A stretch of DNA of 63,877 nucleotides, the filler included, from Choristocarpus tenellus KU-1152 (Eukaryota > Protista > Phaeophyceae), in the NCBI GenBank assembly GCA_964200185.2. It is 15 parts of 15 records of this genome, joined end to end, with 100 filler letters (N's around TTAATTAATTAA, not from the genome) between each part and the next. Parts side by side here need not be neighbours in the genome. Positions count along the whole stretch, not along the records: positions 37,220 to 42,997 come from CAXNAD020009778.1; positions 43,098 to 47,422 come from CAXNAD020015111.1; positions 47,523 to 54,639 come from CAXNAD020006665.1; 12 more parts are not named here. One strand, given 5' to 3'. This document shows positions 37,456-48,599 of the stretch, piece after piece (position 1 is the first letter of the stretch; each line of letters opens with the position of its first letter). The notes beneath the pieces were generated by a model, which was given only the letters and a program-made list of their open reading frames with translations, was not told where the DNA came from and did not search any database. Made by a program: the position numbers and the translations under genes.

Positions 37456-40400
37456 TCGCCTGTAACATGCCCCCCAGCATGAACTTGGTATACATGTTTC
37501 ACGCTTACTACAGGCGATTGTTACCGGTTAAGACAATAGATATTACCTGTCACCTCAGATCAAACTGTAGCAGCATGAATTAGTAGCCATCAAACAAAAG
37601 AGGGGCTCCAGTTCCAAACTCGTCAGTTGCTTCCAACCCAGGGACCTCGGTTCCAAATTCCAGATAGTTCCAACCAATGATTTGACGTATCTCTCAGCTT
37701 CTTCTTGAGAACATTTCCTCAGAAGTCTTAAGACAGTCAAAATCAATAAATATCTGAGCTAATCAGAGTATACATTTTTGTTAAAATATATAACTTCAAC
37801 TAGGTCCGGAATCGATCAACACATATCCATGTTTTTCTTGGGATAATTTATCCTAAGAGGAACAGAATATAATTTGTATATCGGCTAGTCTGAGTATGTA
37901 CTTGCTCTTTCTAAAACATCTTGAAAATCGCAAAGTATACATCTCTGACATGGCCTAAAATGAATTGGGACCCCAGTTCCGATCACCTTAATCATAAATG
38001 ATTCATCTCCACAATTATTTTTAAAAAGAGTCCATCCACAAGGTCATAGGATGTACTCTTATTCAAATTGTGTCTGCCTAATCTAAATATACCTGTTCTT
38101 TTGGGCTCGGACTTCAGGGTAACAAAATGGAGAAGATGAGAAAATCCAAAAATAAATCAAAAGAAGAATGCATCCTATATAACGACGTTTACTACAAGGG
38201 ATTGTTACTGGTGAAGACAATCGACATCATTAATCACCTCAAATCACCCTGTAGCAGGGAGAAGGAAGAGCAGAAAAATATGCCAAACTTCTACTAGGTC
38301 TAAACATGTATCCTTATCCTACTTGGGGAAATCTGTCTGTGTCTAGCCTAATTTTGAGGATGTATTCATTCTCTATAAGGTACAGCTTTCCTAGAGTGCC
38401 AAGTATTATCTAATTATTGCCTGTCTCATGCCCCCCAGCACGAAGCATACTCACAACTGCTAGTGCGTAAAACAGGCCATAATATCAACGTCAGCCTATA
38501 AATCGGTTATTCCTCACGTACCTTGCCTTCTGGGTGCGTAGTGGTTACCTGTTGGATTATTTTTCGGGAGAAACGACTCATTTCACTATTGTTCATTTCT
38601 TCCCAATCCCCATCATTAAACCGTGCCCTCCAGTAGGGTGACTTGAAGTCAAAAACTGTATCTATGTACCACTTATCCTTTCTCTTCTTGTCTTTCCATG
38701 ACTTCTTGACAGTAGTACCTGTGGGGAAAAGGTGTAATGCATCCTCTCTAGACAAGGAGTTTCCTTGGCGGGAGGTGTCAGTAGGGCGTGGGCTTGTGTC
38801 TGGATTATAGAGGTCCCATAGGGCATGGAAGACATCTAACTGTATTAGCTTATCTTCTCCTGCTTTTCCTTTTATTTCTACCCTGTCTTCAAGGGTAGAG
38901 TCTAAAGGTTTCCAACCAAAAGTGTCAGAGGCGTTAAGCGAGGGAAGGAGTTGCTGTGGGGTGTGTGTCGGGTCTACCCTAGGTGATTTATCTGGGATCA
39001 TCTAACCAGAGGAAGGGGGTTTACACACTGGCATACTTTGATCCTGGGAACTACTGAGTGGTGACCAACCTCTAACGCCTAAGTCTCGATTATCAGGTCC
39101 CATGTGGCAATCTTGCAGAGCTGACAGTATTCCTGAGAGTGCGGCATCAATTGTTCTCTGAAGCAACATTTGTGCTACACCTAGACTCGGTAAACCGGTT
39201 CATTATGTGAGGGAGGAGCACACTCTAGTTCTGAATCTATCAATGCACAGAGAGAGCAAGGGGACAGTGTGGGGTGATATATATATTCAAAAAAAGCAAA
39301 ACATCTTTCATAAATTGCTATCTGTTCTGATGTAAGTCACTTCATGGTGCCAACGTTTGCTATCCTATGTTCCATGCAGGGGCTACCTGTTCCATACTTT
39401 CCACAGGCAATAATCATTATCTGGATAATAAATATCCATCACATTTTATCATGGTGCGGTGGCCTGCATAATTGCCATTTGGTAACATAGGGGCTTCAGT
39501 TCCGACTCTGTCAGTTTTCTCCAACATAGGGACTCCAGTTCCAAATTACCCCATGGATTCCAACAATGATCAACAATCCCCTCGTTTCCTTCGAGAACGG
39601 ATCCTCAAAAGTCGTAAGGCACAGTCAAGATCAATATATGTCTGACCAGATAAGAGTATATACTTTTATTATAAGAATATATATAACTCCAACTAGCCTC
39701 AAAACAGGTCGGCAAATATCCTTGTCTACCCTCAGAAAAAATTCCAAGGTCACAGAATAACATTAGAGTCAGATTGCTCCTGGCCTAGTCCGAGTATAAC
39801 TTGTTTCTTTTGAACTGGCCTTCAAAATTTACAAACTACATAGCTCTGATTGGGCATAAAATTCATGTGTCTTCCGTTCTAATCTTCCCGGTTATATAAA
39901 TGTAAGTGCTATCAAGGATTAGACTTACATTATTCATGACCTACACAGCATCTGATTATTGCCTGTCCTATGCCCCCCATGCACAAAGCATACTCAAGGC
40001 TGCTAGTGTGCAAAACAGGCAATGAAAAAAAATAAAATAAAATACATAAAGAACGGTCAATGAGAGCAACAAACAGTACTAATAATAAATAAGGAGAAGA
40101 GATAAAGATAAAATGAGCAATAAATAGAAAATAAATAATAAAAAAATGTGTGGATGATGAGGGTAACAAAGTGGAAACTGAATAGTAAATAAAATAAAAA
40201 TAAAATAAAAGCTCAAAAGTAAAAGGGAAGAAAAGAAGAAAGGTCAGTAATAAGGAGGGTAATAACTATGAAAAGAAAAGAAAATTTAAAAATCAGAGGA
40301 TGATGGGATGAGAACTAAAAATAAATAACCGTAGAAAAACAGAAGTATTCAAGATCACAAAGAGTTGTTACAAAATAGAAAAGAGGAAAAAAAAAGAAAG

Positions 40401-41900
40401 TACTGAGTTCAGTGTTTATATTTTCCAAGAACTTCAACCTATACAACCAATGTATAATACTGTGTGCTCTAATGTGGGCAGCTGCGTTTTAACTTCTGCT
40501 GTCTCATATTCCTTTCAGTTACTTATGATTTTCAATGTTTTGATCTCTTGTTCTAGCATGTACCAGCTGAACCTCACCTTGTCCCTCAGGCATACAGTTG
40601 TAACCTGCTGGATTGTTTTCTGGAGGGGGCACTCATCTCTCTCCTGCCGAATTCCTCCTTAACTCCATCCTTCAACCATACCCTCCAGTGGGGTGACTTG
40701 AACTCAAAAACTGGACCTTGTCCTACCAGTCTCTTCAGCTTTCATCCTTCCAAAATATTTGACACTAGTACCTAGAGGGAAGAGACGTAACATATCCTCT
40801 CGAGACAAGAGTTGTTCTTGGGTGGGGACATTAGTTGGAAATGGTCTTGTGTTAGGGTTGCGAAGGTCCTAGAAGGCACGAAAAACATCCAACTGTAGTA
40901 AGTTTAAGCTGTCCATTTCTTCTGTTTAGTTACCGAGTCTGACCACTATCCATCTTAGAACTTTCCTTTGTACCACAATGCTATTTGCTAAGGTCTGACA
41001 AGGGTACATATTTACTGCTCGATCTAGGTGTTGGAATGTTGACAAAAGGTACCCATGGTGGCAGTGGTGATGGTTGGGAGCATTGGCCTTCTCTAAATGG
41101 CAGTTCACTCTAGTGTTGTCTACAAAATGTTGCACCTAAAAATAATTTCGTATGGCAGCCCCACCATTAACCTAAAAACCATATTGCGTACTTTTTCTCT
41201 GGGGAAAACGCTATTAGAAGTTTGCATGACCTCAGCACCAGCACAGGTAGAATATTGCACCCTCTGAGGTTTGCTGCATTTAAGGTACCTTTGCCTGCCA
41301 TGTTGAGCTGTGGTAAGCAATTTTCACAAAAATAGATGAGACCTGCACCTGTGTCAAGGAGTACCTGGGCAAGCAATTCTCGAGTGGACTCTATGTGGGT
41401 GACATGGCAGGGCATATATTGATACTTGACTAGTACAATGGTCAGTTTTATGGTGAATATTATCGAGGTAGGAATGAAAGTCTTATCTATAGTTGGAATG
41501 ACATGGCACAACTTCAAGACCACTCTGCAACGTCCGAAACGGTTGGGCTTCTCGCGGATAGTGGAGAAATTTTCGAGTATTGCATCGTTGCTAGGTATTG
41601 GAGATTTGTTTCTATTAAGGCTCCCATCGTACGAAACACTGCAGTAGATTGAGTACCAGGAGGTCCTCGGTGGGTTCTCGAAAGGTATGAAGGGATTCCT
41701 CTCTGGGAACTATCGAGTGCCATTACGTATACGTGCACTCGTCAGTTATAGACGTGAAGCAGTCTTGACTACGGGCATGATGAAAGCAAACTTGGTGCAC
41801 CTTTAGCCATATGTTGACTTCGTCTTGTGGAGGTAGAAGATGGAGGTAAGCCTTTGCCCAAATCGTGCCGACTTCTATCGTTCGTCCTGTCTATGGCTAA
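37456..41900. mobile_element. Two diverged tandem copies of a degenerate retroelement-like unit
   Basis: 37555-37980 is homologous to 39440-39870 (NLEPRSLGWKQLTSLELEPL vs NLELESLCWRKLTESELKPL). 38560-38860 is homologous to 40620-40910. The shared stem-loop motif lies between these blocks in each copy. Confidence 0.75.
38507..39001 (-). CDS. TE-derived ORF ending in a Tudor-like domain (PTM/DIR17-type pattern)
   Basis: FPTGTTVKKSW...WYIDTVFDFKSPYWRARFNDGDWEEMN fits Gt.V.K.f...wf.G.V......y.v.y.DGD.EEl. A decayed paralog lies at ~40620-40910. Confidence 0.65.
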   Translation of the reverse strand: MIPDKSPRVDPTHTPQQLLPSLNASDTFGWKPLDSTLEDRVEIKGKAGEDKLIQLDVFHALWDLYNPDTSPRPTDTSRQGNSLSREDALHLFPTGTTVKKSWKDKKRKDKWYIDTVFDFKSPYWRARFNDGDWEEMNNSEMSRFSRKIIQQVTTTHPEGKVREE

Positions 41901-43339
41901 AGCAGCTGGAGATCAAAGCACAGGCTGGGGAACGGATGTGACTGGTCGAACGGGTTTTGATGTCTTGCTATTTTTTGGGAACGAACGAGGTACTGTGTTT
42001 GCTGGGAACGGAAGAAGGTTCGGAATTTAAGGCTGCACAGACAGCGGGCGAGGGTTTCTGGTTTAAAACAGGTTAAAGCATCGGTGCAAGGGCTGCTAGT
42101 ACACGGTTGACAACTTCTCTGTATAAAAGTGAAGTTTGGCTTGACACCTATTCGTGCATGGAAGTCCTGTTGTGGCGATATAGTCCTTGTTTCTGCCTGA
42201 CGATCAGGGTTTCGACTGAGGCAGCGCAAGGGTGTGACATGCTAGCAAACAAGCGCCTCTACCACCTAGCCAAAACGATGCAAGTCTCCACCTTGTACAA
42301 TGTAGGTTTTGCAGCATTTTTGATTGGCTGGGATAAATCGGTCACTTCGATTGGATTACTCTTTTTTGAAACCAATAATCCGTTATGGTTTTATTCGACA
42401 GTTTACTATCTCGTTCCCCAAAGGACTACTCTGCGAAAATCCTTATTGGTGAATTTGGCTTCTAATCTGTAGAGAAAAAATACAATACACAATATATATT
42501 AGAGCAGAGAGGTTAATTTGGTATAAGCAGGAGTTGGGCTTGTTTGTACAAATCAACAAGTTGATCGTCGCTTATATATCCCCCCCCAAACGAGCCTTGC
42601 ATATATGGGGCATTCGCAAGTCTACCGTACACGCTCGATAGTGGAAAGCTAGGCTACGGTCGCAGCCTTTCGCGTTACACCTTTCTCTCTCTTAAAAAAA
42701 AAATGAATAACACATGGCAACCTTCAACACGATTTCGGCTCTCCATCCAAAAAAAAGGGTGCATTCTGTCACCGAAATATGAACCCATCCGTTGCCGTAA
42801 TGTCGTCTCAACGGACCTGTAAGAGCTGTCCTTTGATGCGTGGGACGTCGATTGCAGACGAAGCACCTGAAAGGACCGCTGTGTGTCCTAAGAAAGTCGG
42901 GCAAGAGTCTTCGACGAAATCGATGTGGAAAGGGGTAAAGTTGTTGATGCGTGGACGCGATGCATAAACAGGTTGAGCCGTCACGACTGCTGCAGGANNN
43001 NNNNNNNNNNNNNNNNNNNNNNNNNNNNNNNNNNNNNNNNNTTAATTAATTAANNNNNNNNNNNNNNNNNNNNNNNNNNNNNNNNNNNNNNNNNNNNATT
43101 TGTCGGGGGTCAAACAGTTGCCCCACCGGAAGGGTTTCATAGAAAGGGAGGAGGAAAGAAGCCCCAAGGGCCGGGGGGGGGGGGGGGGGGGGCTAACCGC
43201 TACTGCTGTTGCAGCAAGCACCGTCTGCCAAATGGTGCTGATGTTCTGTGCAGGGGGGGTGCTGAGCAGGGGAGGGGAAGCAGGGGTGTGGGTGGGGGAA
43301 AGGGGCAGGGTGGAAGAGGTGACTGTTGTTGTGATGTAG

Positions 43340-43506
43340 AGTGGACTAATGAAGTTGATACAAACGGCATGGGAGGGGGGGATGACGAAGGGGGTAGGAG
43401 AAGAAATGGAGTGAATTTAAATGGCGCTAGAGATGGTGCTGGTGGTGCTGGTGATGCTGGTGATGCTTTAGTTGGTGCTGGGGACGGCTCGTGGTTGAAC
43501 ATGGTA
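43340..43506 (+). CDS. Possible Gly-rich exon of an unidentified gene
   Basis: Open Gly-rich frame ending in gtag/gtgag donor candidates. No family recognised. Confidence 0.3.
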
Positions 43507-44629
43507 GGTGAGGTGGGGGGTTGGGAAGGGATGTGTGCACGGGGGGTGTTGGAAGAAAATAATATTATTATTATTATATAATTTACTGTTGATTGGACCT
43601 TTGCTTGCTATTATTATAATGTTCGTGGTTGGTGAACTTGTTTGTTGGGGCTCCTTGTGTGTTTATGTAAAGGGTCAATACCGTTATTCTTGAGTGGGGT
43701 GGTGTGTGTGTCCAGTATATCCTTTGAGTTGTGATACGAAATGGAGGGGTTTGTTTAAAAAAGTGTTTTTCGGGGGATACTCCTTGAGTTCTTTGGCATT
43801 TGGAAGGATATATGCACCTTTTTTTTTTAACACCTGAGTGAGGTGTTTATTCCGTTATACTATTATATGTGACATAATACAGCAGTTTTGGTAGAGAGTT
43901 GAAGCATGTGTAATCTATACGTTCTTTCAATTTTCTTGAACAAAATAGCATGAAATGAAATGAAATAAAACCAATAAATTGTGGAACCCAGTTTTTTTGT
44001 AAATCGATCTTTGATTAATTATTTTGATATCCTGCGATTTAAGAGATGCCCTCTCTGATAAGAAATGTCCCTTCCATGACTCTGTCGATTTTAACCTCTT
44101 GAAGTGCTGTTGTGGCAGAGAAATGATGAGGGTAGATAGCTCTGGTCCTGTTGAAATAGTTTTTTTTTTTTTAAAGAAGAAAAGGATCCGTTTCTCACCA
44201 ATGCACTAGCGCTGAAAGAGGAAATTTAGTTGACTCTTGTTGGAGCATTTAATCAGTCATCTGCTGATTTGCCATGGATCACTCTACCGTACCATCCACT
44301 TTGTCTTTTTTTTTAAATAAAGCTAATTAAAATATCTTGCGTTTCCTGCAGGCGTTTGCTTCATATTTTTTTCACCACCGTGCTCCATATTTTATTTATT
44401 CTCATTACTTGGTCTTGCTTTGGACTGTGACAGACAGTGTGTTCGGTGTCATAGACATTTTTTTTATTTGAGAAGGCTGTACATCGAATCTTTTCTGATG
44501 CGCACGCACGCACACACACGCACAATAAATTAATAATAAAATATTCTTAATTTTTTATTTAATAATAATTACAATTAAATAGTTGTTTGACAGACCTCAC
44601 CGTACACATGTCAAAAGAAAAAAAATGAA

Positions 44630-44810
44630 GTGCAGACTACTACCATAACTACCACTACTATTACTACTGCTACCACAACTACTACTACTACTACTATTAC
44701 TACTACTTACTACCATAACTACTATTACTACTACTACCACCACCACCACCACCACTACTACTGCTACTATTACTACTACCACTGCTGCTGCTGTTATTAT
44801 TGCTACTTGC
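44630..44810. repeat. (ACT/ACC)n low-complexity microsatellite
   Basis: Direct inspection. Confidence 0.9.
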
Positions 44811-45450
44811 TTACTCTGAAGTAATTTCATTATATTATATATATTATACCTCCAACACGACCGTACCATGTGCTACTCTGCCCCCTTGTGTGTACCCTAA
44901 TTTGTCACTGTACCTTCCAAACGGACAAAGGCCAGGGTAAGGGAGATGTCCCTGTTCTGGGATGTGCCGGGATGGCTGCGGCCTGTATGTGTTGTGCTGT
45001 TCCTCTCTTGGATTGGATGGTGAGGAAAAACAAAACTATATAGTTTTTTTTTTTTTTGAAGTGTTGAATTTGTTTGGTCTTGAGGTCGGATTGGAATTTT
45101 GTTGTGTTGCAATGTATGTGTTATGTATTACGTGTTGCGTGTTATGTTTATCTAGACAGTTTGTTGTACTTGTGTTTGCTGCCTGTAACTGCCATTTTGT
45201 AACTGTAGGAATCAGCTCGAGCGTTGTTGCTGTTGGTCCTCACGTGGGTCAGCCCCTACTTGTCTCTCTCGTCTCTATTGTCTCTCATCTCTTCTTTATT
45301 CTGACGTACCTTTTCTCTTGGTGCATGTATGTATGTATATACATACATACATACATACATACATACATACATACATACATACTCATGTATTGATTTATCT
45401 GTGTAAACATACAAGGGAGTGAAGTTGTCACTGAAATGCTTGCGCTGACC

Positions 45451-45599
45451 TGATTTGATTAGTGTCTACTGTGTTTTGATTAATGTCTACTGTGATTTGA
45501 TTAATGTCTACTGTGATTTGATTAATGTCTACTGCGTTTTGATTAATGTCTACTGTGATTTGATTAATGTCTACTGTGATTTGATTAATGTCTACTGTG
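45451..45599. repeat. 21-bp minisatellite tgatttgattaatgtctactg, ~7 copies
   Basis: Direct inspection. Confidence 0.95.
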
Positions 45600-46194
45600 T
45601 GGCCGAGATTCCTCTGTTTTGATTGATGATGACCTTGAATACAAAGATGATGACCTTTCAGCTTGGCCTTAAGAAGCAGTAATTTTGTTCATAGAGAGTC
45701 TGAAGGTGTGTGATACAGCATAGTACGGTATACTAGAAGGTGCTGTCCAAGAACGTTTTTTTTGGCATGCTATTAAGAGATACTTTTACTCTATTATACT
45801 ATCATTGCCTTTATTTGTCCTCTTACTAATAATCAAAGCTACAGTTTTTATGTCTGGTATGATGGCTACAGGAACCTTTGACCACAGTCAAATCCTGACA
45901 CTGGGAGGGCAATGAACAAAGTTGGTGTGTGTGTGTTTTAGATGTATTGAATAAATGCTTGTAATAATAAATAAATGCTCAAAAAGACTTCACCAAGGGG
46001 AACACACACTCATCATTCATGAAACGCCATCCAGTCATCACAACCCCCCGTCCCCCCCCCCCTCACCTTTCCCCTGGATCGATTCTCTCCATTTCATTCT
46101 TAAAACTATCAAATATGTCCCCTTACCTCACGTTTACCCTATTAGTACCTCCTAACCCATTTTTCACAATCTGACCCTTGTCTTGGAATGAATA

Positions 46195-46425
46195 TATATG
46201 TATAAACAACAGGTATGCTGTGATTGTATGTATGTATGTATGTATGTATAACAACAGGTATGCTGTGATTGTATGTATGTATATATAAACAACAGGTATG
46301 CTGTGATTCTATGTATGTATATATAAACAACAGGTATGCTGTGATTCTATGGATGTATATATAAACAACAGGTATGCTGTGATTCTATGTATGTATATAT
46401 AAACAACAGGTATGCTGTGATTGTA
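46195..46425. repeat. Minisatellite (~36-48 bp) with core aacaacaggtatgctgtgatt, 6 copies
   Basis: Direct inspection. Confidence 0.95.
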
Positions 46426-46509
46426 TTTGGTACCGACTGGGTGGCGGTGGATGTCTTTGGGGGAAGACCCAGCGCTGGAGGGGGTGAAGGAGGAACTCCA
46501 GGAGACAAG
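46410..46509 (+). CDS. Probable internal exon (YAVIVFGTDWVAVDVFGGRPSAGGGEGGTPGDK)
   Basis: acag| acceptor, GC-rich open frame within AT-rich flanks, AAG|gtgaac donor. Confidence 0.45.
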
Positions 46510-48599
46510 GTGAACAACATGTGCACTTGAGATTTGAAATGCGCTGGAACTGGTGGGTTTGCACATACATACAGGCGTTAAACACTACTCTACTCTATTT
46601 ATTTCGTGAGAGAAGAAGGTGTACCTCTTTGTCTCTCTCTTGGATTTTGGTAGGTGCCGGAGCAGGTTTAGGAGAGAAAAAATTGTAGGTTTTTTTTGTT
46701 GTTGTGTCAGTATGTTTTGTGATTTTCCATGCCTCCACCTGGATGTGAGAACCTGAATTGCGACTTAAGCCAAGCCGTATGATTTTTTTAAATTTTAATG
46801 GTGGACAGTGTGTATACAAATTTGAATTTGAACTGTGTGTAGGTTATTTTCATCGTAAGAGTGATTTTTTTAATGTATGAAGACAAGTTTTTTTTTTAAT
46901 GATGAGAGGGTCTATACTACGATCTTAAAATCCTTTTTGTTGTTATTATTATTATTATTATTATTATTCCAAACGAAACGGGCGAATCGAAATGTTGTGA
47001 TTCTCATTTTGAAAAAGAAACGAAAACAAAGTAGATTCAGATTTTTATTGTTATTTTTATTTGAATGGAGCAGGACGACCTGGAAAGGGAACTTGTGACT
47101 GCACAATTGGATTATGAATATCCCCCCAGAAATAAAGCCAGTCCAAAATGAGATTTTCCTTTATTTTCCTTTATTCAGTAGGACGAAAAAAGACTGCTGC
47201 CATTATTAATATAATAGTTCAATTGTGTTTTTTTTTTTTATCACTCTTTTGTGGTTACGCCGTTTGGAGGGGTCTTCAATATCGTGTAGAAAATATAATA
47301 GTTGGTAGTATTATTGCACATGGCTTGAAAAGAGGCGTTATCGTTCCAAAAATAAGAGGGGGGGGGGGGGGGGGGGGGGGGGGGAGGGGTTTGCCTGAGG
47401 TGGGGGGAGTCCGGAGGGGGGGNNNNNNNNNNNNNNNNNNNNNNNNNNNNNNNNNNNNNNNNNNNNTTAATTAATTAANNNNNNNNNNNNNNNNNNNNNN
47501 NNNNNNNNNNNNNNNNNNNNNNCTCCCTTGGGAAGAGCCCGCCCCATGTGGCCCTGCCAACAAGTGGTGTAAGGCAATGAGTTACATTAGATTGGGAATC
47601 ACCAATGCCTAATTGTAAGTAGCTTCTGAGGAATAGACATATAATCGCTACTGTACCCATAAAATGATAGACATACAGTCCTTTTGTCCTTAGGATTGAC
47701 TTTGGGTGTGTGTTTTCTGGATACCCGTAGCCAAGACACTAGTGTCCAAGTTTTTCATCAAAGTTTTTCATCAAAGTTCTTCATCAAAAGTACATTTCCA
47801 CAAGAAACAAGCCACCTAATCCTAACCTCCTATCCTGTCCCATGAGGATAGAATCAATATAACCCAACTGAGCTAAACACTTGATATAATGGCAATGTCA
47901 AAGAGGAGGAAAAGGTCAACAAAATATGACAAGAGCTCAAAAGTGATTCTCAAAAGTGATTTGGATGGAAGGGGAAGAAAGAGTAAGCAATTCACTTTTA
48001 AAGGAGAAAGGTAAAAGGTACAGGAGGTCTACCCCCATACTTGGTGGGATCAAGCTGTGATAACACCTGAGCCAAGAATACTTAGCTCCATTATTAGTAG
48101 AACTATTTGTGCACTTTCTAAATGTGTCAAGTGTACTTGTGGTATCCTAAATCCTCTTGTCAATAACCAAACAGCCATTCTTGATCACAGGTAACAATCA
48201 CACCACCAAAGCTCTGCAGGAAATTCCTCTCTCAAGCACAAAATTTCTATTTCAATAGTGTTGTGAAACAATAGTTAAATCCTCTATGACTAGAAGTTAC
48301 TTAGGGTTAGGGTTAGGGTTAATCCAACTAAGAAACTTCCGTGAACTCCACTGTTAATAGACTATAATAATCAAATCACGAATGGGTCACTGCAATTTGT
48401 CAATCTCTGCTGACAATCTGCATATGTGGAACCACAAGAAAAAACATCCAATCAACAACCATCCCTCAATTGTCAGTTTCAATTCATCAGGAGATTCTAT
48501 ATAATCATACCAACAATTGTTCTAATTGATATGATCAAGATTCACTAACATCAAAAACAGCAGGATCAATAATCTTACTTGACTGCTTGTTGCACATAC

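Noticed and set aside
44597-44869. ORFs rich in T/Y/H or V/S
   Set aside because: They are translations of a trinucleotide microsatellite.
48455-48500. Minimal hammerhead on the minus strand (CTGATGA att GAAA)
   Set aside because: No stem II and no valid stem III/NUH pairing.
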